Part shown: in pieces, positions 26,636 to 41,178 of the stretch | Layout of the letters: each line of letters starts with the position of its first letter | Numbering within the stretch: position 1 is the stretch's first letter | NCBI RefSeq assembly: GCF_963921235.1 | Contig: NC_086097.1 | Span: forward strand, 193,008,001 to 193,072,000 | DNA: 64,000 nucleotides | Direction of reading: 5' to 3' | Source of the DNA: Mobula hypostoma | Lineage: Eukaryota | Notes under the pieces: model-generated | What the model was told of the DNA's origin: nothing | Database searches by the model: none | What the model saw: the letters and a program-made list of their open reading frames with translations, nothing else | Made by a program: the position numbers and the translations under genes

Positions 26636-29350
26636 TGACTGGATTTGCTTCATTGTCAATGAAGAAATATATTATATCCCATGGTTTACTGTTAATGATC
26701 TCAGTAGGTGACATATCACCTCTATGTAACAATAACCCTCACAAGTCAAATTGTACATTACTTTTATCATCCTGCAAAAAGTCACGACCCATTCATATTG
26801 GTATGGATTTTGCAATCAGTGAGAAGGTGTTTTGGACTTCCATGAAAGAAGCCAACAAAGAATTAGCAACCATTGTGATTGATTGCTGCTTGGTCTCAAA
26901 TCAAATTGGTGCTGAAACCCAACAGTAGTTTGACCTTGTAAATCAAATTTCATAATTCAATTTGCTTACGTACTGAGGAAAGTATAAATGCAAGCAGTAT
27001 CACAGGAAGCAATAAACAGTCTTTGTGGTTTTAATGGAGGCGCAGTATTCTTTAAAAAGATTATTGTACTTCAAATGTCTCTTCAATGCAGATTTCTATT
27101 GTGATTTCTCAAAACCCACTCTGAATCCTCCAGTTAATCCATTTCTAAATTTCGCCACTGACTGCATACTTGAGTTTCAGACTCATTTCCACATAGTTTG
27201 CATAACAGTTTTGCTTGAGTGGCAGTGAATGCATTAATTGCATCCCACACAATCACATCTTTAAAGTATGCCTGTAACACAATTTATATTCCACCAATAG
27301 TGTGCACTTCATCTTAAAATAACCGTATGTATATAAAACTAATGTATTGGTGCCAGAAAATAAAGAAAACCTTCCCTTGACTTACCTTTGCATGCATTTA
27401 TATGTACACTGATGATTCCAGCACAATGATTTCAAAATGATCAATAAACTGAACTATTGAATTTTCTCTTTTAGATTGTTTGGCAATAGGTTCATCCAAA
27501 AAAAAACTAAATTGAAGACAAAAGTGAATGTTTTCTTATAAATAAATTTCATCTGCATGTTGTTATTGACCCAGTTGTGAAGGACAAGAGTAGAAGTGTT
27601 AAAATGCTGTGAAGTTCATCCTTGCATACCTAAAATGCTGCTTTGAATTTTGCACTCTAGTTCTGATCAACCTAAGAATGTAAATTGCACATTTATTTTA
27701 CGAAATAAGGTTATTCCTCATAGCCGGTATATTTATTTGACACCCCAATGTCAAGTAGAATTCTTAGCAGTAATATATCAAAGGCCATCAATCCAAACAC
27801 AAGTTTATTGTTACCTACAGCTGCAGATCCCTTTCATGGTCAACAGACCGAAAGTAAACTGAAATACCATAAAATTCTTACATGTTGGGGAAAAAAGCAA
27901 TTAGGAAGCTTGTGTGTGAAATTTACCAGCTGTGATAAATGAGTTAGGAGTTATTCACCTGGAAACATCAGCTGATCCCTATAATCAGTTCTGGAATTAG
28001 GAGGTGAGGCTTAGATTTGCTTGCTTTATTTTATTATCTTTTTCTTCTTACTGCTCCTTGTGGCACCAATTTACATTAACCTGACAAACAGAAGCAAAGA
28101 ATTATGATTACTTTATGGATTCAGACCAACACTAATGGAAAAATGGTATGTGCATACATAAAGAAACATAAACAATTTCTGTGGTGCCTAACTGCAGGCG
28201 TAATTTTAGTAACTGATAATGGGATTGTCATATTCAGCGGAAATGGAAAGGTCAACATGGGAATGTTTTAGAAAGGTTGACAATTTAGAATCCTGCTCTA
28301 CATTGACATCAATTACATCTGTTACATGGGAATACATTTGCCAAGCAGAATTATTCTGCTGACAGAATGATACTATACAGCAACACTTGCATTTAATCAT
28401 TGACAAATAACTGCCTCACTCCAGCCTTGAAAATTAGATTTTCTGCTTTAGTGCTCCACTCCCCTCATCTCCTGTGCACCACACTATTCCAAACCCCCAC
28501 CACCTATATCCTGGGGTCACTGCCCAAAATTCCGCAGGATGCGAGATCAAGTTTGAAAATACATTAGCAGAATACTGTTTCCCTGCTTGTGATAAATGGA
28601 AAGTTAAATAGCCAGGGATATGGTGGATGATGTATAATTAGCCTCTTGCTATCATTTACCTCTTCAACAAAAAAGAACAATAATGTATGTGGTTCATGTT
28701 CCTGCATCTATTATAATTCCATTTTGTCAACAGTTCCTGTGCATTGTCACCTTAAACATTTTTCGTATTTTACATCTGAAAATGTAAAGGTGTAAAAATG
28801 GCTCTACCTTTTGTGATTTGTCTTCCACACGGTTATATCACTAACTTCATCCTCAAAGTGAGTGGAAATGCTGTTACCTTAGAACTCTATGCTCTGCCAA
28901 ATTTCAGCACCTTTCATATCACCGTAACTTCAAAGACTCCATCAGCAACCACTATGTCTTTATCTGTCAAAACCCTACTCTAATGCTCATGCCTGAGACC
29001 TAATATTCTGTGCCTTTCTAAACCAGCCTCTTCTTTAAAACCTACTTCGTTAACCAAAGCTTTGTTTACCTATCTCATTAAAAAATATGACCTTATCTGT
29101 AGAATGAGACGCACTTAATAGACCTACTGACCTTCATGGTGTGAGTTTTCTTCTTATTCTGGTAAATTTCATTCTGGCATTGCTAACAGGTATCTCTGAA
29201 ATGCAACAAGTGTTACCATCAGACTAATCAGAATCAGGTTTAATGTCACTGGCAAATGTTGTGAAATTTGTTCTTTTGTTTCAGCAGTACAGTGCAATTC
29301 ATAACAATAAAAAGCTATAAATTACAATTAGAAATATATACATACATACA

Positions 29351-30212
<862 letters not shown>

Positions 30213-30269
30213 TACATAAATAAATGTGAAGAGGGCATGTCCTGGGTGAAGATCCATTCAAAATGAGAA

Positions 30270-31440
30270 TTGATCACAGACACCAGTTTAACTGTGGTGG
30301 CAGGTAAAGTTTTAGAAACAATAATGAGAGAAAAAAAATTAACAGATACCACCGGTAGATTTGAGTTAATTGAGGAGAACCTGTGCAGACTTGTAAAATG
30401 CAGTTTGTATTTGACTAAACTGAGCGAATTGTCATGGAATTAAAGTATTAAGAAACAAAAACCTAAGGACAGAAACAGTGACTCAGGGTATTTTTTTAAT
30501 CTGGATTAGAAGACTGTAGTTTTCCCCATAGTCATTGCTAAGATCACTGCATTTTATATATACATATATATGATTTGGGTATTGGAATGCAAAGGAAAGA
30601 TCCAAGATTTGCAAAGATATCATACTTGGCATTCTGGCCAACAGTTATACTGCAATTATTTTTGACTGCAGCAACTCAAGATAGACTTGCAGAATGGGGA
30701 AATAGGTTGCAAATAGTTTTTAAGAAGATCAGTGTAAGGTGATGCATCTGACAGAAAGAATTCGAGGAGGCAGTACAGATCAAATTACAGTATGTGTGAG
30801 GGAACAGAGAAACCTGTAAGGTTCATGTGCATAGATTTTTGAAGAGACAAGACATGACACATAGAGAAAGTAGTTAGCAAAGCAAATAGACTCCTGGGTA
30901 TCATAACTAGAAGCTTTGAATACAACAACAGAAAGCGGTATAAAGATTTGATTAGACCATAAGTAGATCGTTGCACCAAGTTTATGCCACCACAGTTTTG
31001 GAACATTGTGGAAATCCTTGAGAAGGTAGAAAGGAGATTCACCAAAATAATTCCAAATGTGAGACTTTTGAAGTCTGCAGCTGGAGAAGATGAGGTTCTG
31101 TTTTCTCTTTGGAGCAAAATAGGTGGAGGGAAGTGTGCAACATCAGGATAGGTAGGCATGAAAAAAGCTGTTTGCATTTGCAAATGATACAATTACTCAA
31201 CAACACAGATTTAAGGTTTTGGATAACAGCTAGGGGTGTAGGAACAACTTTTCTGTACAATGATTAGTGATGATCTGAAGCTCACTTCATACCAATGTGG
31301 TGGAAGTAATTTCAAACGGAAGATGAGTAGAACTTGACAGCTATAAACATCCAGTGCCTACAGAAATAGGGTAAAGGAGAAAGACCGACAGAGTTTCTTT
31401 ACAGAAAACCATGGGTTGAATAATCTTTTCTGTGTCTGTG
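30270..31440 (+). mobile_element. decayed CR1 relic
   Basis: Scattered RT and 3' motifs (tgtatttgactaaac, ccaagatttgc, ggagattcacca, ttttctctttggagc). Confidence 0.55.
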
Positions 31441-31924
31441 TGATCCCATAATGAGTGAATCTCATAATGACAGCAAAACCTCAGGACAATTGGGTGCTGG
31501 ATTCAACAGCAAGTGGTGTACCAGCAAAGCAAAATAGATTCATTCAGAGCTGATTGAAATTAGTCTTCTCCCTCAGTTGAGCATGAATCACGCAGCACTA
31601 AAGTAAACAAATTAATTCCTAGTTCCGTGTAATAAGAAACTACACAAAACTCTTCTCTCACTCTCCCTACATTTAATGCTGCAGGATTATAGAAATCAAC
31701 CAGAGTTTGGTCAATCAAATCAAGGAAAAGTGCAGAGAAAGAAGTCATTCAATTCATTACACCTGTGCTGGCACTTCTGTAAAGATACCCAATCCATTCC
31801 ATTCCTTTGGTCTTCCCAATAGTCTTCAAGAATTTCTCTTCCAGTATTTATCCATTTTTTAAATATCACTGTTGAATGTACTTTCACTAACCTGTCAGGC
31901 AAAGCACAGCAACTCATTGGGTTA

Positions 31925-33002
31925 AACACAAGAGATTCTGCAAATGCTGGAAATGCAGAGCAACACACACAAAATGCTGGAGGAACTCAGCAGGTCAGGC
32001 AACATCTATGGAAATGAACAAGCCATTGACATTTCAGGCCAAGGATCACGAATGGAAAGGAAGGGAAAAGATGAGGGGAGGGGAGGGGAAGGAGGACAAC
32101 CTAGAAGGCGGTATGTGAAGCCAGGATGGTGGGAAAGGTAAAGGGCTGGAGAAGAAGGAATCCGATAGGAGAGAGAGTGGACCATGGGAAAAAGGGAAGA
32201 AGGAGGGGCTCCAGGGCAGGTGATAGGTAGGTGAGGAGAAGAGGCAAGAGGCAGAGTGGGGAATAGAAGAAGAGGGAAAGCGGAGAGGAAGGAAACAAAA
32301 ATTACCGGAAGGAGAAATCGAAGTTCGTGTCATCTGGTTGAAGACTTCCTAGATGGAATATGAAGTTTTGCTCCTCCACCCTGAGAGTAAACTCATTGAG
32401 GAAAAGAGGAGGCCATGGACTGATATCTCGGAATGGGAATGGGGATAGGAATTAAAATGATTGGCCAGTGGGAAATTCTGCTTTTGGCAGATGGAGTGGA
32501 GGTGCTCAACAAAGCGGTCCTCAATTTATGAGTCTCACCAATGTAGAGGAGGCTGCATCGGGAGCATTGGATACAATAGACAACTCCATCCAATTCGCAG
32601 GCAAAGTGTTGCCTTACCTGGAAGCCTGGATGGAAGTGAGGGAGTAGGTGAATAGGTGGGTGTAGCATTTCTGCTGCTTGCAGGGAAATGTGCCTGGAGG
32701 GAGATTAGTGGAGAGGGAATCACAGAGAAAGTGACCCCTGTGGGAAGCAGGGAGTGTCGGGGTAGCTAAAGATGTGTTTGGTGGTAGGATCCTGTTGAAG
32801 ATGGTGGACGTTGCAGAGAATGATGTGTTGGATGCTGAGGGTCATGAGGTGGTAGGTGAAGACTAGAGGAACTCAATCCCTGGTAGGGCAGTAGAAAGAT
32901 GGGGTGAGCATAGATGTCTGAGAAATGGAGATGTGGGATAAGGCAACATCAATGGTGGAGGAAAGGAAACACCAATCTTTGAAGAAGGAGGACACCTTTG
33001 AT
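31925..33002 (-). mobile_element. Penelope-like element: GIY-YIG region + 3' pseudo-LTR
   Basis: FQVRQHFAC...VVYCIQCSRCSLLYIGET; pLTR acaagagattctgcaaatgctggaaat...ctcagcaggtcaggc. Confidence 0.85.
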
Positions 33003-35824
33003 GTTAAAAATGTTTCCTCTTTGTGCCACTGTCCTTTTGCCAATCACCTTAAAAAAATTCCTTTTGTTACTGATTTTTCTGCCACTGGGAACAATTAGTT
33101 CTATCAACGCCCACTAATGTTTTGAGCACATTTATTAAACCCTCAATCTCTCGGCTCTAAAGAGCATAATGCAAGATTCTCCAGTCGCAATATTTAACTG
33201 AAGTTGTTCATTCCAACTACCATCCTATTAAATCTCTTCCCCATCCTGTCTGAATTGTCGACATCTTTCCTGAAATGTGGTGCTGAGAAATGAGCAACAT
33301 TCTTGCTGGACTAACCCATGTTTTATAAAGTTGTTGCATCTCTTCTTTGCCTCTAACTTCTGTTTACTTATTACAAAAACCAAGAGTCAATTTGCTATTC
33401 CAGTACGTTCTTAATGTTCCTGTCAACGTGAAAAATTCTGGACAGAATGCCTGAGGACTGTCAGCTGCTGCACCTAATTTGAAAGAGTACCATTTAGTTC
33501 ATGTCACTTATTCACAGTGTTCCTACCATAATGCACCACTTTATACTTCCCTACTTATAATGTTATCTTTTTTATCCCTTGTTACCCTGAGAAGGCAGCA
33601 ATCAGGATGTTCTTGAATCTCTACAGGACACCCGACAGTGTTGTTGGGTCAATATTTTCAGGAGAGACAGCAAATAAAAAAACTCTGATAATTTTCCAAA
33701 GCAGTAGACAGTGTAACTTGCAGAGAAGCTTGGTGGTGCTTGTATTCCTATGCTCTAGTTCTTTTTGTCTTTCTTGGTCTTGGAGCCTGCAGATTGAGGG
33801 GACACTATCAAAGAAGACTTGGCAGGTTATTACAATGGCATTTGTAGATGGTGCACAACGTGATCAAAATGAGGAAAAGGAGAAAGGAAATGTTTAGTGT
33901 GATGGATAGACTGCCAGTCAAACTGGCCATATGGTCTGGGATTGGAAATAAAACCTGAAAATGCCGCAGTTTTAAGTTGCAGAGGAATTGACAGTGGGGA
34001 GATAGTGGAAGGGGTAGGAATAAAGAGAACAAATTAAAGGCCTCTGAAAGAGTGGAGATCACAAGACATTAAATGACTTGAGTGATCATGATTCAATGGA
34101 AGGTGGTGGTAAAGGGAAGTTAATAACAAAAGTGAATCTAGGAGAGATGTAAAGTGGATGAGGCCAAAAGAACGTGAAATTACCTGAAGATAAAAGATGT
34201 AAGATGCAAGGTATGAAATGCTGGTCATCTGAAACTGTTGAAATCTGTTCTGAGTCAGGAAAGTTGTTAGAAGGTAAGATGCTGTTCCCTGAGTGTATAT
34301 TGAATATCATTGGAAAAGTGTGGGAACAATGAGGTCAGAGTATGAGTGAGATCATTAACATGACAAACATCTGGAAGCTGAAGGTCACAGGTTGACTGAA
34401 TGGAACTGTACTGCAACATAATCAATCCAATCACTATTTATTTTCTCAAAAGTGTAGGGGAGCATTTTCTGAGAACTGAATGCAATAAAATGGGATGAAA
34501 TGTCATATCAAAACTGGCAGACAATGACCACCTGCAAAAGGTATTAGCCTAATCAAGAACCCTTGGCATCCAATGGCATTACTATTATCAAGTTCCCCAC
34601 TATCTGTATCCTGTTGTCACTATTATCCAGAATCTCAATTGGAGCAACCATATAAATACTATAAGACTGGAAATCATACAGTAGGTGATATACTTCCTGA
34701 CACCCACAAGTCTGGTGAGTGATCGAATAACCCTCGCCTGCATGCTGAGTGCTGGTCCAACAGCACACAGGAACCTTGACTTCATCTCTTACAAAGCAGC
34801 ATCAGATGATTGCTCCTCAGCCAGCACTTTAAAGATTCATCTGCTCCATAACCTGTGAATGTGTCCACATTGTGTATCATCAGCAAAATGCAGGATATGA
34901 ACTGCTGATCATCTGAAACTGTTGAAATCTTCTCTGAGTCAGGGAAGTTGTAATGTGCCTAGTTAGAAGGTAAGATGCAGTTACTCTCCAAAGCTATTTC
35001 AACTGTCTTTTCTAAACTTACTACCTCTGGCACAAAGAAGCACATGAACTTTGAGCAGCTGATAGCTCACAAACACCTGCAGGTTCCCATCCAAACCCTA
35101 CATCATCATGGCTTGGAGGTATACCACCATTTCTTTACCACTACCTGGTGTAAATCCTGAAACTCTCTCCTCAGCAACATTGCCTGAGTTCCCAAATGTT
35201 TGCATTTGTTTCATAAGATAAAATACAAATAATAATACAGGGCTTTATATCTTGGCCTGTTATAAAAATGAAGAAGATCCTTATTTTTAATCGTAGTGAT
35301 CACCTGATTCCTTCTTTGATGCCAACCTATTCAAATTAAAATAAAATATTTTGATAGCTTTGAGCTTCTCTACAATGCAAAAATCAGAAGTTGTATTGTT
35401 GGCATTGCAAACTCAATAATAAAAATTATTCATGATTTTTAACTAACCTACATAGGGAAACAATAGCCCCTAAACGGCCAAGCTAGAAACAGTAAAATTG
35501 TGAGGCGTCCTCTATCACATCGCCATCCCCATATTCCCACCAATCCTGCTTATGTTCCTGCCACCATCTGAAGTATGTTAATAATTTCCACAGAATCACT
35601 TTCTGTGGTAATTTTTTACAACAAACCACAGAAAGCTTAAAGGCTTGTGGAGAAGTGGTGGAATTGCTTTTGATGATGTTTCCACGCCCTCACTACTCAC
35701 CCATTACAAAAGTCGAGAGGGATCCTACCATAATATTATTCACAGTATTCTTAACAAACATGGGAAATAATAATATGGCAGCTAATTTACTGTACTTTTA
35801 TCTGAACACCTAGACGAATATTCC

Positions 35825-36110
35825 TGAGGCATAAATTTCAATCCCACCTTGGCAGCTGGAGGATTAAAATTCAGTTAATTAGATAAATCTGCAAAAGGAA
35901 GCTCGTATTGATAATGGTGAGTAATGATAATGCCATTAAAAATAATCTCTCACTAATGTTCCTTAGAGACAAGATCTGACCTTATGTGTCTCCACACTTG
36001 CCAGTGTGGTTGACTTAACTGACCTCTGAAATGAGCTGGCATCTAGTACAAATTGGGAAATACTGTAAATGCAAGTCTAGCCAATGATGCCTGCATCTAA
36101 TTATGGAACA
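35825..36110 (+). mobile_element. old tRNA-type SINE relic (LF-SINE-like shark family)
   Basis: ttcaatcccacc...ggcagctgg...cactaatgttccttag...gtgtggttgact...cctctgaaatg...taaatgc...agccaatgatgcc resembles the recalled consensus. Confidence 0.5.
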
Positions 36111-37559
36111 AGGAACAAAGAACCGAAAATTCCAACTAACTACTACTGAGCAAAAGGATAAAATTATTTACTATTTCTTTCCTAAATTCTAAAATGATAC
36201 TTCGCTGAGTGTTTATTTCAGTACATTCTTTCCATTTTGATATTGCCATTACTTTTGTCATACAGGGCATTTCAAAAACCAGGCAGTAGCTATCAAGCTC
36301 TTATGGAAGGCAATATTCAGATATGTTGTTAATCTTGGCAGCTTTCTGTTCAATAAATGTCAGTAATCCTTTGTAACCCTTTTGAGCTGCCAGTGTGACA
36401 TCAGATATTTCCACTTTAGTAAAGTATTAAATGGAGGTGTTGCCCTCAATCCATTGCTTGTATTATGAACCATCTGCCATCTGCTCCTGGAGTAACTTAG
36501 TCAATGTGGTAAAATAAAGTTCAAAGTTCAAAGTCAAATTTATTACCAGAGTACATGCATGTCACCACATACAACCCTGAGATTTTTTTTCTGCAGGCAA
36601 GTATTGCAACCAATGACGAACAAGAATCTCTGGTAAATGTCCATGGATCTACCTTTATAATGCTTAGGCACAATGTTTTTTGAAGGAATCGCAGAATAGT
36701 TATCCCAAAAGTGAGTTATCTGGGAAGTTTGGAAACTAATCCACACTGAACAGAGTCAGAGTACACAAGGCTGTCAGATTGGTTTAGAAAGAATCAAGAA
36801 TTGGTGGTGAACTGCAGTCACAATTAGCAAATATAATGTTTTGCAATAACACAGAACTGGCTGAAAACAAGTACAGGAATTAGCTCTAAATATTCCTGGA
36901 TTTAAAGTGCTTCGAAGAGAAAGAAGATCATTCTACAGCTTAGCAGAAAGAGGCCCTAAAATATCAAGAACACAGACTCTATCTGTTTAAAAGTAACAAA
37001 GCAAAGAGGTAGGTTTATACTACAGAGAATAATTATTCCATGGGTCTACCAAGTACTGGAAAATATATTGGAGCAGATTTCCAATTAGGTTGCAGATATT
37101 TGGAAAAGCCAGTTGCATTGTTCAAATATCAAGGGCATGCAAAAGAATGATTGCTAGGAAGAGGATTTTCATTATGTAAATAGACTAAAGAAGCTGATGC
37201 TTTTTTCCCCCTTTTTTTTATTAAATGCAATCGTGAACAATAGCCAGATCAGAAATGCTGATCAAGTCAACTAGTTCCCAAAGAGAACTCTGATAGGCCA
37301 GTCAGATAGAACACAAAAAAAAATCATATGTACAATTGAGAAATATTAAAAAATAGTAGAAATATGGAGTCATGATGATCATGATGAAGTCTGCTGGATA
37401 GAGACATTTATACACATGCTGTCCTCCATAATTCAAAGAGATTGAAGGATGAGATTGCAGGGTGACAAAACGTGGTAGGAGCACTTGGAACTAAAAACTA
37501 ATCCCTACTGGGAGAAAACAGCATCTGTTCTTTCCGCACTGTTCTCCAGCAGTTTAAGG

Positions 37560-38232
37560 ACTAAGTCCAGCAGGAACATAACTCACAAGTGCCCTTGAAA
37601 GTCAGGTATTAACCCTACCTACCAACAACCAAGCATTGCCATCCTAGTCCCCTTCATGATAGCTTATGAAGAAGCATGTGACTTCCCTCCCAGAGATGAT
37701 AGGTGTTTGTGCACTCGACTCTTAAAGGCTTGGACCCCATCATCGCAGATGTTTCCAACCACAGCATCTGGAAGGCTGTTCCAAATTCTGATCACACAGT
37801 GAAGGAAGCTTCTATCCTGTGTGTAGGTTCTCACATCAGGCATAGATAATCTTGATCGTGTGGTGCGCCGTCTCTCATAAGATGAAGGCAGCATGGCGCG
37901 AAGGTCTGCAGGGCTGTGGCTGGTGTGTACAGTAGCTGCAGCAACCTGTCGTCTGTGGTGTAAGCTACTGATGGCTATCTTCTCACGAGCTGTGGCTTCA
38001 TCTACACCTATAATCCTGAGAGCCTTTCTTTGAATGGAATCAAGCTGGCTGAAGACACTCTGTGAGACATTCATCCATGATAAGCAGGCATACTCCATGA
38101 TACTTCGTACCTGGGCTTTGTAAACCGTGGCTCTGCCCTCTTTGTCTAGTTTGGATGCTACTTTCTGCAGAGCTCCAAGCCTTTGTCCAGCCTTGTTTGA
38201 AATAGTGGAAAGGTGTTTATCCCACACCCACT
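37560..38232 (-). mobile_element. L2/CR1-superclade LINE ORF2 C-terminal fragment
   Basis: WDKHLSTISNKAGQRLGAL...YKAQVRSIMEYACLSW...LDSIQRKALRII...SLHHRR...IRIWNSLP; a related older relic lies on + at ~34560-35180. Confidence 0.75.
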
Positions 38233-38409
38233 TGGAATGGAAAAGATTGTGAGGAAATCAAAAGGATGTTTAAGGTTATGAAGGATGGAGTAGAGAGAGT
38301 AAAAAGTTATTCATATTGCCAGAGGGATTAACGTACAGGGTGTACAGAATTAAGGTGATTGGCAAAAGCACCAAAAGTGACATGAAAGAAAGCACTTTTA
38401 CACAGTGAA

Positions 38410-38780
38410 ACTGGCTGCCTATCACCTCCCCCGGTACTCCTCCTCCTTCTCTTTCTCCCATGTTCCACTGTCCTCTCCTATCAGATTTCTTCTTATCCAG
38501 TCCTTTACCTTTTCCACGTATCACCTCCCAGCTTCTTAATTCGCCCTTCTTCCCCACCCACCTGGCTTCACCTATCACCTTCCGGCTTGTAGTCCATCCC
38601 CCTACCCCTACCTTCTTCATCTGGCTACTTCCCCCTTCCTTTCCAGTCCCGATGAAGTGTCTTGGCCCGAAACATTGACTGTTTATTCATTTCCACAGAT
38701 GCTGCCTGACCTGCTGAGTTCCTCTAGCATTTAGAGTGTGTCACTCTGAATTTCCTGTGTCTGCAGAATCTCTTGTGTTA
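38410..38780 (+). mobile_element. Penelope-like 3' end/pLTR, hammerhead core mutated (CCGATGA)
   Basis: cagtcccgatgaagtgtcttggcccgaaacattgactg...gatgctgcctgacctgctgag. Confidence 0.8.
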
Positions 38781-39555
38781 ATAAATTGGAACCTGCTGTC
38801 AGTTTTAAGCCACCCTCACACAGTGCTGAGAGGCAAATGATCTTTGTACAACCCTTCTGCACATCTCCCAGTGTTGCCTTCATTATAAGCTCTTTGTTGC
38901 AAAGCCTTATGCCACAACATTGTGACCATGGTCAACCAGAAAAAGTCCCATCCTTGAAATGGCCCAAATATTTTGACAGCTGGCAAACTTATCAAGGATT
39001 GTGAGGTATTGTGAAAATCCCTAACATTCAGGAACATTTAAGGTTAACTTGCAGGTTAAGTTGGTAGTAAGGAAGGCAACTGCAATATTGACATTCATTT
39101 TGAAAGGACAAGAATATATTGTTAAGTCTTCTTAAGACATTGGTCAGACTATATTTGTAATTTTTAAAGCAATTTTCTAAAGAGGAGTGTGCTGGCCACG
39201 GAGAAGGTCCAGGAAAGGTCCACAAGAATGATCCTGGAAATGAAAGACTGTTTGAGGGCTGTTTGATGGCTCTGGGACTGTATTCCCCTGAGTTCAGAAG
39301 GATAGATGATCTTATAGGAACTTACCGAATTCTGAAAGATCTGAATAGAGTGGTTGCTGAGAGGATGTTTCCATTAATAGGGGATCCTAGCACCTGAGGA
39401 CACGGCCTCACAATAAAGGAACGTCACTTTAGAATTGAGATAAGAAAAAAGAATCCTTCAACTGTGGATCAATAATCTATAGAATCCATTGGCACAGAGG
39501 ACTGTGGAGGCCAAATCACTGGGTGTATTGAAGGCTGAGGTTGATAGATTTTTGA

Positions 39556-39975
39556 CTACTTACTTACTGCCTGTTACACCACTGGCATTTAGGGCAGCAA
39601 TGACGGTCCTCCATCTCTGGCAGTGCTCAGGGCTTCCTTCTTCATGTCAGTAGCTTCCTCTTGGTTTTCACTACTGTCAGTCATGCAAGTCCTGGGTGGA
39701 AACTCAGGAATTACCATCGCACTTATATGTAGAAGGATTCTTCATTGATGTTGCCATAACAATTTTGTTTTACCAATTAGGGTCATTAGCCCTCAATTGA
39801 ACCCCAAATGTGGAGGGCCGGTGGACCACTCTTAATCTGTCCTCTACCCTTTGACCTGTTTGGCATGGGTGACCCTACCAAGAGTTAAAGTATAAAGCCC
39901 TGACTCCAGCCAACATAGTTTTTCCATTCATTGAGTCAAGGAAGTCTCCAAACCATGACAAGGTTGTGGTCCTCT
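39556..39975 (-). mobile_element. RTE-derived non-autonomous element inserted in a CR1 3' fragment (~39000-40110)
   Basis: (tact)n tail at left; its 5' end is homologous to the + strand fragment at 40200-40296; CR1 sequence resumes at ttgatcggtagg. Confidence 0.7.
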
Positions 39976-40295
39976 TGATCGGTAGGGGGTTAACAGTCAT
40001 GGAGAAAAAGCAGGAGATAGGGTTGAAAATAACAGCCATGATTGAAAGGTGGAGCAGACTCAATAGGCTGAATGGCCTAATTCTCTTCCTATATTGTACG
40101 GTCTTATGATTGAAAAATAATTTAAAACACCATTTTGAATATTAAAATATTAAAATACTTGGAGGCACCAAAACATATATGTTGTAGGAACTCTCCTCCA
40201 AGAAGACCACCAGCTTGTCATGGTTTGGAGACTATCTTGCCTCAGTGACCCGGAGAGCTAGATTGGCAAGAGTCAGGGCTTTATGCTTTGGCTCT

Positions 40296-40508
40296 TCCAC
40301 CAATCGACTTCCCAGCTCTTTACATCATTCCTTCCCCTCCAAGCTTCACCCATCACCTGGTGTTTCTCTCTCCCCTCCCCCCAACTTTTAAATCTACTCC
40401 TCAGTTTTTTTTCTCCAGTCCTGCCAAAGGGTTTCAGCTGCCGACTGTACTTTTCCCCGTAGATGCTGCCTGGCCTGCTGAGTTCCTCCAGCATTTTGTG
40501 TGTGCTGC
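40296..40508 (+). mobile_element. Penelope-like pLTR fragment
   Basis: ccagtcctgccaaagggtttc...gatgctgcctggcctgctgagttcctccagcattttgtg. Confidence 0.7.
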
Positions 40509-40952
40509 ATATATTTCAATTATTCAAATCAAATAAAGAAGTATTAATTTTAAAACATGTTAAGTTATTTTATACTTCCCCTTCTTTGTTGCAACAGTTT
40601 TTAATTCAAATGGCTGGGCTTTTGCTGTTCACAGCCCGGTTCAAATGTTCAGCAAGTACCTCTGAGTAAGTGCCGGAGACAGAGCAACTTCAAACTCTGC
40701 CTCCAGACACCAGGTGGAGACAAAAGTCAAAACCCACCTGGAAACCAGGGGCATCATGGTCATTAAATCCTGGACGCTGCAAGTGTTTATTGCCAGATTT
40801 AGTTAATTGTTTAATTAAATTTTGTCAGCAATATACTGAACACTGATTACCAATATAAAATAATCTTATGTTTTAAATTGTAATGTCAGGTAAGTCAAGG
40901 TGTACGTTCTTCCCTGAATCTCTGATTCCACCAAACATGAAATATCAAGAGT

Positions 40953-40990
40953 TAGTCCTGATGAAGGGTCTCGGCCTGAAACGTCGACTG
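40953..40990 (+). ncRNA. Minimal type I hammerhead ribozyme motif (Penelope type) in a 104-bp insertion, 40948-41051
   Basis: agtc-CTGATGA-a-gggtc-tc-ggcct-GAAAC-GTC-gact: stem I agtc/gact, stem II, palindromic ACGT stem III; 12-bp TSD catgaaatatca at 40936-40947 and 41052-41063. Confidence 0.75.
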
Positions 40991-41178
40991 CGCCTCTTCC
41001 TATAGATGCTGCTTGGCCTGCTGCGTTCACCAGCAACTTTGATGTATGTTGCATGAAATATCATGTGATCAAAATGATTTATAACATTACTTACTGTTTT
41101 TATTGCTCAATATTTTTGAATCTTTATCTGACAGCCTCAAGAAGCAACATGTCTAATTTCTGAATGATATTTAACTAG

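Noticed and set aside
29165..29196. GGC ATT GCT AAC AG|GTATCT as the MNLIFHKDILFGIPANK-type first exon
   Set aside because: Upstream codons do not match and the donor phase is wrong
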